A DNA stretch of 64,000 nt from an uncultured Bacteroidales bacterium (GCA_946403315.1 CAMIZK010000001.1:1588-65587), one strand, 5' to 3'. Numbered from the stretch's first letter, positions 1 through 8,723 are shown. Translations and numbers: made by a program. Notes: a model not told the origin generated them from the sequence alone.

Positions 1-1019
1 AGAAGTTCAATCTGCCCGATTTTATCGAGAAGGTTGAGCATTCAGCCATCAGCCATCAGCCATCTGCCATTTTTATCTCTCCCATCCGGGAGGTGGATGA
101 CTTCCACGGTGCCTACAGCAAGGATGACCGGACAAGGTGTTTCCTTAAAGTACAAGACGGATGTAACTATTTCTGCTCTTACTGCACCATCCCTATGGCA
201 CGCGGAAAAAGCAGAAACCCATCGATTTCATCGTTAGTAACAGAAGCCCAAGAAGCCTTAGACGGCGGTGCCAAAGAGATTATTTTAAGCGGCGTGAATA
301 TTGGTGATTTTGGTAGATCAACCAATGAACATTTCATTGACCTATTACGCGCTTTGGATAATCTTCAATCTCCAATATCCAATGTCCAATCTCCAATGGA
401 TACGTACCGTATCCGCATCTCCAGCTGTGAACCGAACCTGCTGAGCGATGAGATCATCGATTTTGTAGCGCACAGTGCCCATTTTGCACCCCATTTCCAT
501 ATTCCGTTGCAGTCCGGCAGTAACACGGTGCTCAAGATCATGGGTCGCCGTTATACGCGTGAGTTATTTGCTGAACGCGTTGCGCATATTAAGACCGTCA
601 TGCCGCATGCCTTCATCGGCGTCGATTGCATGGTAGGTGTGCGTGGTGAGACCGCCGAGTGTTGGGCAGATTATGTCGATTTCATCGAGTCTTTACCCGT
701 TTCTCAATTGCATGTATTCACCTATTCCGAACGCGCCAACACGCGCATGCTCGAGATGGATCTGGAGGTGATTCCGCAAAAAGAACGGGAACGCCGCAGC
801 AAAGTGCTGCACGAGATATCGGCTCGTAAAACTGAGGCGTTCTACAAAGAACACGAAGGCTTTGAGGCCCTCGTGCTTTGGGAGTCCGGTAACGGACGAA
901 AGGCGAACGGTGACCGGCTAATGTACGGTTTCACCGAGAATTATATCAAGGTCAGTTGTCCGTACAATCGTGCTAAAGTGAACACGTTTGAGCGCATAAC
1001 CGTGCCGCATCTTCATTAG
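1..1019 (+). CDS. mtaB: tRNA methylthiotransferase of the MtaB/MiaB radical-SAM family; the 5' end lies outside the window
   Basis: The frame of ORF 93..1019 stays open back to nt 3 (KFNLPDFIEKVEHSAISHQPSAIFISPIREVDDF...). CNYFCSYC is a CxxxCxxC radical-SAM motif. SGVNIGDFG and PHFHIPLQSGS motifs are present, with a TRAM-like C-terminus. The gene carries three in-frame heptamer arrays. Confidence 0.8.
   Translation, partial: KFNLPDFIEKVEHSAISHQPSAIFISPIREVDDFHGAYSKDDRTRCFLKVQDGCNYFCSYCTIPMARGKSRNPSISSLVTEAQEALDGGAKEIILSGVNIGDFGRSTNEHFIDLLRALDNLQSPISNVQSPMDTYRIRISSCEPNLLSDEIIDFVAHSAHFAPHFHIPLQSGSNTVLKIMGRRYTRELFAERVAHIKTVMPHAFIGVDCMVGVRGETAECWADYVDFIESLPVSQLHVFTYSERANTRMLEMDLEVIPQKERERRSKVLHEISARKTEAFYKEHEGFEALVLWESGNGRKANGDRLMYGFTENYIKVSCPYNRAKVNTFERITVPHLH
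43..70 (+). repeat. Heptamer array, CAGCCAT x3 plus CTGCCAT, in frame in mtaB (SAISHQPSAI)
   Basis: Read directly: cagccat cagccat cagccat ctgccat. Confidence 0.9.
360..394 (+). repeat. Heptamer array of the AATCTCC family, 5 units, in frame in mtaB (NLQSPISNVQSP)
   Basis: aatcttc aatctcc aatatcc aatgtcc aatctcc. Confidence 0.9.
887..921 (+). repeat. Degenerate heptamer array of the GGCGAAN family in mtaB (GNGRKANGDRL)
   Basis: cggtaac ggacgaa aggcgaa cggtgac cggctaa. The peptide matches the ANGE-type arrays elsewhere in the window. Confidence 0.6.
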
Positions 1020-1881
1020 GCAGACATTCCAGTTTATACACCGGAACGAGTTCCAACACCTGCGCGATGGATTCATAGATATGATCCATCATCTCCGGCA
1101 TCACTTTCAGTCCACTTACCGAAGCGAGGATATACGGATACGCCTGCGACATACGCAGTTTATTAATCTTATTCTCAGGCGCTTGCGCTAACTGTACCAA
1201 TGCCTGCAGGGTCACAGACTGCTGCTTGTAGCACGGGGTCTTTCCCGACCACGGCGAACCATAGACACGGACCGTATTATCCTCCAGCACACGCACCACA
1301 GGATTATCGTCATTCAACAGCCACGACTCCGGAAAGGCTTTCTTCCACTGCTGGGAATGGGTACTCTTTCCCGTTCCCGAATGACCAAGGAACATATGGC
1401 CTTTGTCGTCCAGCACGGTAACGGACGAATGGAAAAGAAGGGTCTTCTTGTCTCCCGTGGCAAAGGCATAGACCAGCATCGCCGCATTATCAATGGCAAA
1501 ACGCGTATAGGCAGCACGGGAATACAGTTGCACATCCCTCCAATCCCGAGAGCAAACCATCGTGCTCACCACCTCTCCTTCCCTACTCATCGAGATACGG
1601 AACAGCCATGCATCCGGACGCTGATACATCTCTATACGCGGCATATCGTCATCCGAACGATCCGTATAAACATGCTCCCAGCCTTCGGGGGAAGGCATGG
1701 CTTCGTCATTGAAATGAATGACGAAGAGGGGGGACGGGTTACGGGTTACGGGTGAGAGGAAGGGAGCATAGTTCGGCAGCTGTTTCACTTGTTCTTCTGT
1801 CACTTCCATGCCGAAAACGAAATCGGCGACATTAAAATAATTTACCATTTTATCATTTACCATTTGTGCATTTATTTTCAA
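973..1881 (-). CDS. HPr kinase-like P-loop protein of unknown role
   Basis: GHSGTGKSTH resembles the HprK C-terminal-domain P-loop. The start overlaps the stop of the upstream addB-like gene by 4 nt (1878-1881). It has one in-frame heptamer array (SPVTRNPSP). Its 3' end overlaps convergent mtaB by 47 nt. Confidence 0.55.
   Translation of the reverse strand: MKINAQMVNDKMVNYFNVADFVFGMEVTEEQVKQLPNYAPFLSPVTRNPSPLFVIHFNDEAMPSPEGWEHVYTDRSDDDMPRIEMYQRPDAWLFRISMSREGEVVSTMVCSRDWRDVQLYSRAAYTRFAIDNAAMLVYAFATGDKKTLLFHSSVTVLDDKGHMFLGHSGTGKSTHSQQWKKAFPESWLLNDDNPVVRVLEDNTVRVYGSPWSGKTPCYKQQSVTLQALVQLAQAPENKINKLRMSQAYPYILASVSGLKVMPEMMDHIYESIAQVLELVPVYKLECLPNEDAARLCAQTCSL
1729..1756 (-). repeat. Heptamer array with sense unit CCCGTAA (plus strand GGGTTAC), in frame in the HprK-like gene (SPVTRNPSP)
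   Basis: Plus strand: gggggac gggttac gggttac gggtgag. Confidence 0.85.
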
Positions 1882-4664
1882 AATTCTTTGGGTTTACGGC
1901 CGCAGAGCACGAAGAAGGGACAGAATTTAGGACATCTGCCTTCTTCGCACGGCGGAAAATCGGTTGTTTGTAACACTTGTGCTACTTTCGCTTGTAAGGC
2001 CGGCATCAGTTTCTCTTGAATGGCGCTTACATCGTGAACCGTTTCATTCTCCAGATCGAGTGTCGTCACCATATCCGTCAGTTTGCATTTGCAGAAATAC
2101 AGATGCGGTTCAATCGGCAGGTGCGTATCATCATGTTGCCGCACGGCTTCGGAATAGATCAGCGTCTGCCGTACATAACCTTTGTCTTCGCTTTCCATCA
2201 AGTCCTCCCAGGTAGCCGACATCTTCTTGGCATGCGTGGTGTCGGAATACGAACCGGATTTATAATCCACCACACGCAAGTGCTGATCGCCTTCCGGACC
2301 GTATATATCCAGTCGATCGACACGTCCGCCGGTAAGCACTTCCCCTACTCCTTCCACCGGTACGGTAAACAGCCGTTCCTGCTCTAACAGATGAATCTGC
2401 AATCCGACTTTCGCATCTTCGCGGTCACGCTCCAAGATATTGGATACATAGCCTTTGATGACCACATTCTCCGACGCATGTTCATCGGGGTTATACAGGT
2501 TCTCCTCTTCGTTCATAATCCGGTAGGCCTCCATCAGCGCCTCATTCATCTTGGCTTCATCGGTACGGATTGCCTCGATTTCATCGGGAGAAACACGTAC
2601 CGGCGCTTTGTTATCGCATTGCAGATAGTTCTTATAGATATGCTCCATCATATGATGCACGAACGAACCCATCGTAGCGGCATTGAAGAGCACTTCCTTC
2701 TCATCTTTCGGCCGTACACCGCGGATATACTGGAAATAAAACGAGCGGGGACAAGCTATGAACGTATTCAGCGCCGAAGGCGAGATGAGATACCGTTTGC
2801 CGTCTGCACGACGCAGGACACCGGTTTCGTCCTTTGTTAACATGCTTAACAAAGAGACATTGGAGATTGGAGATTGGAGATTGGATATTTCTGTCAGTTT
2901 GGCATCTTCCTGCAGGGTATATTGTTGCACGGCAAATTCCTCCGAATAGAGCAGTTGCATCACAAACCGCGACATCCCTTTTCCGCCTTCTGCACTCTGC
3001 GCATTGGCGTACATAAGCGTTGCCTGACCGGTACGGTTCAACAGACGGAAGAAGTTATACGCATAGACCGTTGCCCGTTCATCCGGCGTCTGCATATGAT
3101 AGGTCTTACGCAGATAGAAGGGAATGAAGGACAAGTCATTCTGCCGTTGCGGCAGCACTCCTTCTTCCACATTTAATATCAGCAATCTGTCAAAATCCAA
3201 CAGACGCGTCTCGAGTACACCCATCACTTGGATGTCCGTCACCGGTTCGCCATGGAACGGCATCGTCACACTCTCCATCGTGCGGCGGATCAGTAACCGC
3301 AGCAGTTTGAGTGTAAACGGCACATCTCCTAAGCCGGTCTCCACCAAGGACCGCATCTGATAGATGATCTTATGCACCTGGTACTCCGACTCCAGCGCCA
3401 ATAACTCTTGCCAGGATAAAGGTGATTGGTCTTCTTCCGATTTCTTGGGGAAGATAGCCTGTGATAATTCCTCGATGAAATCGGGAGAAACCAGATCCTC
3501 CGCATGCCCTCTTACATGCTCATTGAGCCACGCCAGCACACGCGCATAGATGGCGGTGTTACGCAGCGGAAAACCTTTTGTGATATTAACAGGAGCCTTT
3601 TCGCCATCCACCGTAATCGCCGGTAACGCATATATAACCGGTTCTAACATCGTCTCATCGCAGATGACGACACCCACTTTCTGGCCCTTCGCCGTATAGT
3701 TCTCCAGTAACCACCGGTGCACATACTGCGCCTGGGATTCTCGAGAACTACATTCGATAAGGGTTACGGGGGACGAGTTACGGGTTACGGGAGATTGGAG
3801 ATTTTTACCTCCTAAAATATCCCTATTCTGCTTGGTGAAAGAGAAGGCTTTCTCGTTGGTCTGGAAATTCGGCACGTAGTCCCAGAAGAACAGCGCTTGG
3901 TCATTGTCTCTGAGCCGCAGCATCAGATCCCGTTCCACCGGTAAGAGGTAGTTAAAACCCACAAAGACAAACGTGCGGCCTTGTATCTGCTGTTGCACCG
4001 ACTCATCGTTCCAGTTCTCTAACACAGCGCGCTGCCGCATACCCGGATAGCCCTTTTGCTCCGCCTGCATCTGCGCTTTGAGAGCCTTGTACAGTTCGTA
4101 TAACTGCGTCCAAAGTACTTCATACTGCGCCTTGACGGAATCTCCATTCGCCTTTCGCCCTTCGCCATTGGCCATTAAGGCTTTCAGCCTTGACTCCGTT
4201 TCCGGATCCAACTGCCATTGTTCCAGTTCATGGGCGGCGATGGTGTTCTCGAAGAAATTCGGCACTTCCTCCGCCGGCATTGAGGCATCGATATTCGTGA
4301 AATCGGCCAACATCTGCCTACCCCAACCGTAGAAGAGATCCAATGACATTGGAGATTGGAGATTGGAGATTGGAGTAATCTGATTAATCAGATTATTCCG
4401 ATAAATCCGATATAATCTGACTATCGTAAACAGTTCATCTTCGGCATAGAGGGGACTGAGGTCATCCTGCAATTGGGTAAGCGTCCGTACACGCGGTGCC
4501 CACACCGCCTGCGCATGCCGTTCCTGCTGAAGCCGCAGCAGTTCGTCTTTCAGCACCAGACCGGCACGGTGAGAGGGTAAGACCAGCGTGGTGCGATTGA
4601 GCTGTTTCCACTCCATCTGATCTAAGATCGCCTCTGCTGTTTGTCGTAGAAAACTATTGTTCAT
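1878..4664 (-). CDS. AddB-like PD-(D/E)XK nuclease subunit
   Basis: The 928-aa protein has a C-terminal nuclease signature (GGRVDRLDIY...LRVVDYKSG) and terminal cysteines (FIACPRSF ... CEEGRCPKFCPFFVLC), as in the AddB Fe-S staple. It overlaps the addA-like gene by 4 nt. Four in-frame heptamer arrays are present. Confidence 0.75.
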   Translation of the reverse strand: MNNSFLRQTAEAILDQMEWKQLNRTTLVLPSHRAGLVLKDELLRLQQERHAQAVWAPRVRTLTQLQDDLSPLYAEDELFTIVRLYRIYRNNLINQITPISNLQSPMSLDLFYGWGRQMLADFTNIDASMPAEEVPNFFENTIAAHELEQWQLDPETESRLKALMANGEGRKANGDSVKAQYEVLWTQLYELYKALKAQMQAEQKGYPGMRQRAVLENWNDESVQQQIQGRTFVFVGFNYLLPVERDLMLRLRDNDQALFFWDYVPNFQTNEKAFSFTKQNRDILGGKNLQSPVTRNSSPVTLIECSSRESQAQYVHRWLLENYTAKGQKVGVVICDETMLEPVIYALPAITVDGEKAPVNITKGFPLRNTAIYARVLAWLNEHVRGHAEDLVSPDFIEELSQAIFPKKSEEDQSPLSWQELLALESEYQVHKIIYQMRSLVETGLGDVPFTLKLLRLLIRRTMESVTMPFHGEPVTDIQVMGVLETRLLDFDRLLILNVEEGVLPQRQNDLSFIPFYLRKTYHMQTPDERATVYAYNFFRLLNRTGQATLMYANAQSAEGGKGMSRFVMQLLYSEEFAVQQYTLQEDAKLTEISNLQSPISNVSLLSMLTKDETGVLRRADGKRYLISPSALNTFIACPRSFYFQYIRGVRPKDEKEVLFNAATMGSFVHHMMEHIYKNYLQCDNKAPVRVSPDEIEAIRTDEAKMNEALMEAYRIMNEEENLYNPDEHASENVVIKGYVSNILERDREDAKVGLQIHLLEQERLFTVPVEGVGEVLTGGRVDRLDIYGPEGDQHLRVVDYKSGSYSDTTHAKKMSATWEDLMESEDKGYVRQTLIYSEAVRQHDDTHLPIEPHLYFCKCKLTDMVTTLDLENETVHDVSAIQEKLMPALQAKVAQVLQTTDFPPCEEGRCPKFCPFFVLCGRKPKEF
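2854..2888 (-). repeat. Heptamer array with sense unit AATCTCC, in the addB-like gene (ISNLQSPISNV)
   Basis: Plus strand: gagacat tggagat tggagat tggagat tggatat. Confidence 0.9.
3761..3802 (-). repeat. Chimeric 6-unit heptamer array (CCCGTAA family joined in phase to the AATCTCC family) in the addB-like gene (NLQSPVTRNSSPVT)
   Basis: Plus strand: gggttac gggggac gagttac gggttac gggagat tggagat. This is 42 nt, or 14 codons. Confidence 0.9.
4141..4176 (-). repeat. Heptamer array with sense unit GGCGAAN, in the addB-like gene (MANGEGRKANGD)
   Basis: Plus strand: cattcgc ctttcgc ccttcgc cattggc catt. Confidence 0.85.
4350..4377 (-). repeat. Heptamer array with sense unit AATCTCC, in the addB-like gene (TPISNLQSPM)
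   Basis: Plus strand: tggagat x3 plus tggagta. Confidence 0.9.
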
Positions 4665-7600
4665 TTGACCTCCTCCAATTTATTCTTTCGTGCGTACCAT
4701 AGGTAACCGCGAACAGGGTTATAACCGATCCTGCGCAGTGCCTCTTTATATTCGTTCACCTGCGTATGGTATTTTTTATCCGGATGCTCTCCGAACTTAT
4801 AGTCCAGTACAATGGCTTCATGGGTGACGGGATTGATCATCACACGGTCCGGCCGCAGCTCCTGCCGGTCAATATAGATGGCTTCTTCGAGCCGCAACTC
4901 CCAAGGGGCCGTGAACCAGTCTTTCATCTGCTCATTGCCTTGCCATGCCGATGAAATCAGCGCTTTTAATTCCTCCCGTTGTGCTTTATCCTTGATCTGA
5001 CCATTACTTTCAAACATATCCAGAACGGCATCCAGTTCCTCGGCTTTTCGTACATGCGCGAAGATCTCATGGCATAGCGTTCCTTCATCCATACGTGCCA
5101 CACGGCGGTAGGCTTCATCGCCGTAATCGGTGTATAACGCACCTTCCTGGGACTGAACGAACTGCACTTGTTTGCCATCCGACCATAGTTCGGCCGTCTC
5201 CCCATTCGCCGTTAACCTTTCGCCATTCGCCTTTATCACCGGTGTTCCTACTTCGTAATCATCGGCACCGACAAAATCCATGATATAGCGTCCGACGTGG
5301 TTACAGGTACCCATGACGCCGTTGACCGTAACGGGATAGGAAGTATAGACAAAGAGATTATCTTCCGCCCGGGTGAGCGCCACATAAAGCATATTGAGGT
5401 TATCTATCCGCATGTTGGCATGCTCCTCCTCATGGGCCTCAGCATAGGCCGAATCACCCATCTCCGGTCCGTCTTGAATGGGCACATAATCATCGCCCAT
5501 GTTTAGTTCCGGAGCCACCGGACACCACACTTTCTGCGGATGCCGACCGGCTTCTTTAGGCCACATGCAGAACGGCACGAACAGCGTCTGCGCCTGCAGG
5601 CCTTTGCTGGCATGGACGGTCATGATACGGATGGCATCAGAGGACGTAGCCGGAATAGCTTTGGCATGCATGGTGTCTTCCCAATACGTGAGGAAATCCT
5701 CCTTGCTGCTGCCATATGCGCCTACGTACGCCCGTGTGCGATCCAATAAGTTATTGAGATACGCCGTCTCCGAACCGTGGTACTGGCCGTTCGCATCACA
5801 AAGCAGGATACGGATCAATTCACTGATGGTTTCAAAAAGCGGCGTATCGGGTGTGATGGAGGAACGTATTTGTTCGATGAAACCGATAGAACCTGTACGC
5901 ATCTCGATATACAAAGCCGCCACTAAATCGTTTTTCACCAGCACTCTCAGTCCGGCGATGACCAATTGCACATCTGCCGACGCTTCGAGTACATAACTGT
6001 CTGCACTGACCACCGGATAAGGCGACAGGTCACAGATAAGGTTAGCTTCTTTCTTCTCACGCACCAGAATGAGGATATCCGACAGGCGGGTTCCTTTTTC
6101 TACCAGTTCCCCAATGCGGTCAAACATATAGAGCGCCATTTCCTCTTTCGTTCCTTTTGGAAAGGCTTTGAACTGCACATACCCGCCGGGTTTCTTATCC
6201 GCCTGGTAGAACTGCGATAACTTCTCCTCCTTATATCCTTCTGAGTAGATACGTTCCGGAGCACCGTCTTTACGGATGATACGATCGAAGAGGGAGAGGT
6301 TGAATTTCACCACCTCTTCGGAACTGCGGAAGTTCTGGGTAAGCGATTTGAATTTTTTGTTCAATCGTTCCCCATTCGCCGTTAGCCTTTCGCCATTCGC
6401 CGTTAAACCGTCCATGATATGCCAGTCACCGTTTCGCCAACGGTAGATAGACTGCTTGATATCGCCTACCACGAGCAGGGTGTGACCGGCACCGGCCAAT
6501 ACATCTTCGAGGAGTTTCCGGATAACGGACCATTGCAGCTGGCTCGTATCCTGGAACTCATCCATCAGCACATGCTTGTACCGGATACCGGCTTTCTCCA
6601 AGATAAAGTCGGCATCGCCTTCGCGTAAGGCCTTGCTGAGCGTACCGGCTGTTCGTGCCAGCAGGGCGCAATTGGCTTCCGCCAGATTACGTTGGATGAG
6701 TGCCTGAAGGGACGCCATCAGTTCCTGATCACGCGAAAAACGGATGGTGAGTTGCAGCGTATTATATCTTCGCCCTACCCGTGCCGCCAGTTCCGTCGCC
6801 TGCGCCATCTCATCGGCATTACAACTCTTCTCACTCACACCGCGAAAACGGTCTCTGACCGGTACACTCTCCGGATCGGCCACACTGCGTTTGAGACGCT
6901 CGAAAGCGGCGGTCGTATTTCGGTTATAGGACTCAGGATTACAGTGTTTGAGCAAGTCTTTGAGTTCCCGGAACGAAGGATCGTTGGCCCATTGTTCCTC
7001 GATCGCCTTGCGTCTGCGTTCGATAGCCGCAGCATCAAAAAGAATCTGACCGTCTGCATCCAGCACCTGCACCGATTCGTTATACAGTTCCTTGGCCATG
7101 GCGCAGAGACTTTCCCTCACATCCCAATGACTCTCCTGATCGAGTTTAAGACGCATATATTCCTCCATGATCGCCCGGTCCGCAGGCGTCATGTCAGTGG
7201 TTAGCAACTGATCCACCGCCTGGCGTATCACATGGTCGATGTCCAGTTCGGTATTCAGTCCGGCACTCATCTGCAGCACACCGGCCAGACCGCTGAGCAG
7301 GGTCTGGAGAAAAGCGTCGATCGTCATGACGTGCACATTATCATAGTCCAAGAGCATGCGTTTGAAACATTCCCCTGCGCGCTGCGCCAGCAGTTCTTGA
7401 GGTGCTTCCGCATCACGCAGCATGAACTGCCGGGCACGATTCAGGAAATCCTCTTCCTGACCTTGCGAGATACCATGCAGGTACTTGATGATACGCTCAC
7501 TCATCTCCGACGTCGCCTTGTTGGTAAACGTAATAGCGAGAATAGAGCGATAGTCTTCACCGGACAGCAACAAACCTACATAATACGCTGCTAAAGTATA

Positions 7601-7669
7601 AGTCTTACCCGTTCCTGCCGATGCCTTACACACCGTCACCGGACGATTTATGTCGATTAATTGATCCAT
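4661..7669 (-). CDS. AddA-like UvrD/Rep-family helicase-nuclease
   Basis: Motifs seen are Walker A (ASAGTGKTYTL), motif II (LMDEFQDTS), TVHASKGLQ, YVALTRA, and a C-terminal PD-(D/E)XK-like element (RPDRV...IVLDYKFG). I place the start at ATG 7669 (MDQLIDINRP). The ORF-track extension to 7858 runs through the promoter. Confidence 0.85.
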   Translation of the reverse strand: MDQLIDINRPVTVCKASAGTGKTYTLAAYYVGLLLSGEDYRSILAITFTNKATSEMSERIIKYLHGISQGQEEDFLNRARQFMLRDAEAPQELLAQRAGECFKRMLLDYDNVHVMTIDAFLQTLLSGLAGVLQMSAGLNTELDIDHVIRQAVDQLLTTDMTPADRAIMEEYMRLKLDQESHWDVRESLCAMAKELYNESVQVLDADGQILFDAAAIERRRKAIEEQWANDPSFRELKDLLKHCNPESYNRNTTAAFERLKRSVADPESVPVRDRFRGVSEKSCNADEMAQATELAARVGRRYNTLQLTIRFSRDQELMASLQALIQRNLAEANCALLARTAGTLSKALREGDADFILEKAGIRYKHVLMDEFQDTSQLQWSVIRKLLEDVLAGAGHTLLVVGDIKQSIYRWRNGDWHIMDGLTANGERLTANGERLNKKFKSLTQNFRSSEEVVKFNLSLFDRIIRKDGAPERIYSEGYKEEKLSQFYQADKKPGGYVQFKAFPKGTKEEMALYMFDRIGELVEKGTRLSDILILVREKKEANLICDLSPYPVVSADSYVLEASADVQLVIAGLRVLVKNDLVAALYIEMRTGSIGFIEQIRSSITPDTPLFETISELIRILLCDANGQYHGSETAYLNNLLDRTRAYVGAYGSSKEDFLTYWEDTMHAKAIPATSSDAIRIMTVHASKGLQAQTLFVPFCMWPKEAGRHPQKVWCPVAPELNMGDDYVPIQDGPEMGDSAYAEAHEEEHANMRIDNLNMLYVALTRAEDNLFVYTSYPVTVNGVMGTCNHVGRYIMDFVGADDYEVGTPVIKANGERLTANGETAELWSDGKQVQFVQSQEGALYTDYGDEAYRRVARMDEGTLCHEIFAHVRKAEELDAVLDMFESNGQIKDKAQREELKALISSAWQGNEQMKDWFTAPWELRLEEAIYIDRQELRPDRVMINPVTHEAIVLDYKFGEHPDKKYHTQVNEYKEALRRIGYNPVRGYLWYARKNKLEEVK
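5196..5237 (-). repeat. Heptamer array with sense unit GGCGAAN and a 21-nt superperiod, in the addA-like gene (KANGERLTANGETAE)
   Basis: Plus strand: cgtctcc cattcgc cgttaac ctttcgc cattcgc ctttatc. Confidence 0.85.
6366..6407 (-). repeat. Heptamer array with sense unit GGCGAAN and a 21-nt superperiod, in the addA-like gene (TANGERLTANGERL)
   Basis: Plus strand: cgttccc cattcgc cgttagc ctttcgc cattcgc cgttaaa. This is 42 nt. Confidence 0.9.
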
Positions 7670-7687
7670 ACTAACGATTTTGCGGCG

Positions 7688-7720
7688 CAAAATTACAAAA
7701 AAAAATTGATATATGCAAAT
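7688..7720 (-). promoter_or_regulatory. Bacteroidota sigma-A-type promoter for the addA-like operon
   Basis: Sense strand: TTTGCATATATCAATTTTTTTTTG-TAATTTTG. The TTTG-to-TAnnTTTG spacing is 20 nt. The ATG lies 19 nt below the -7 box. Confidence 0.8.
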
Positions 7721-7763
7721 AATTGGAAAGAAAAATAAAAAAATGGAAAAAAATGCCTGTGCA

Positions 7764-7808
7764 CTTGCATATGTCAGAAAAAAGCAGTACCTTTGCACTC
7801 GCAAAGGT
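7764..7808 (+). promoter_or_regulatory. Promoter cassette with an overlapping hairpin (copy 1), driving the 2-hydroxyacid dehydrogenase gene
   Basis: cTTGCATATgtcagaaaaaagcagTACCTTTGcactcgcaaaggt. The spacing is 20 nt, and the inverted repeat is CCTTTGC-actc-GCAAAGG. It matches 16070-16114 at 44 of 45 positions. Confidence 0.8.
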
Positions 7809-7814
7809 TTGAAT

Positions 7815-8723
7815 ATGACAATAGCTTTTACGACACAGTTACCGAAAGAGGGCTTCAAACGATTGGAAGGCCATCTGCTGGACGCACCGAAAGAGGAAGC
7901 GGAGGTGCTGGTGAGTACGTTTGATTACAAGGTGACGAAACAGATGATAGACGCGATGCCGAAGTTAAGACTGATTGCTAATTTCGGCGCCGGATACAAT
8001 AACATCGACCTAGAGGCCTGTAAGTCACGAGGAATACGGGTGACGAATACACCGCAGCCGGTAATCGAACCTACGGCGGAGTTAGCCTTTGCGCTGATGA
8101 TCGATATCGCACGGAAGGTAAGTGAATTCGACCGGAAGGTAAGAGCCGGTCAAGCCGTATTCGGGGTAATGAACAACCTGAGTCATTCGCTGTACGGCAA
8201 GACATTAGGGATCTTAGGCATGGGTCGGATTGGTCAGGCATTGGCGAGACGTGCCAAGGCTTCCGGCATGAAAATCATTTACTATAACCGTCATCGTTTG
8301 TCCGATGAAATCGAGCAAACTTACGATGCTACGTACGTCGATTTTCAGATGTTGTTGCAGGATAGTGATTTTTTGAGTTTGAACCTGCCCTATACGCCCG
8401 AGGTGCATCATATTATCGGCAAGCCGGAGTTAGGTATGATGAAACGTAGCGCATACCTCATCAATACCGCACGCGGTGCACATGTGGATGAGGCAGCATT
8501 GGTGGAAGCATTGAAGAGCGGCATCATCGCCGGAGCCGCGATGGATGTATATGAACACGAACCTGCGGTTTCACCGGAACTTTTGGACTTACCGAACGTG
8601 GTGCTCAGTCCGCACACCGGTACCGGCACTTGGGAAGGACGCATCGCTATGTGCGAGAATGTATGCGACAACATCATCGCTTTTGAACAGAAGGAAATTA
8701 ATAAAATGAATATCGTATTATGA
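7815..8723 (+). CDS. D-isomer-specific 2-hydroxyacid dehydrogenase (glyoxylate/hydroxypyruvate reductase-like)
   Basis: GILGMGRIGQALARRA is an NAD-binding GxGxxG motif. NTARGAHVDEAAL, DVYEHEP and SPHTG motifs are present. I place the start at ATG 7815, just downstream of the promoter; the 7713 start is a spurious extension. Confidence 0.85.
   Translation: MTIAFTTQLPKEGFKRLEGHLLDAPKEEAEVLVSTFDYKVTKQMIDAMPKLRLIANFGAGYNNIDLEACKSRGIRVTNTPQPVIEPTAELAFALMIDIARKVSEFDRKVRAGQAVFGVMNNLSHSLYGKTLGILGMGRIGQALARRAKASGMKIIYYNRHRLSDEIEQTYDATYVDFQMLLQDSDFLSLNLPYTPEVHHIIGKPELGMMKRSAYLINTARGAHVDEAALVEALKSGIIAGAAMDVYEHEPAVSPELLDLPNVVLSPHTGTGTWEGRIAMCENVCDNIIAFEQKEINKMNIVL

Noticed and set aside
7713-7814. N-terminal extensions sharing the peptide (V/I)RKKQYLCTRKG in two ORFs (7713.. 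and 16010..16144).
   Set aside because: The shared peptide is simply the translation of the duplicated 45-bp promoter cassette. The real starts are ATG 7815 and ATG 16145.
7670-7858. The ORF-track N-terminal extension of the addA-like gene (MKPSFGNCVV...FFFVILRRKIVS).
   Set aside because: It runs through the A/T-rich divergent promoter region and is translated from low-complexity sequence. The conserved helicase N-terminus begins at the Met at 7669, right after the TAnnTTTG box.
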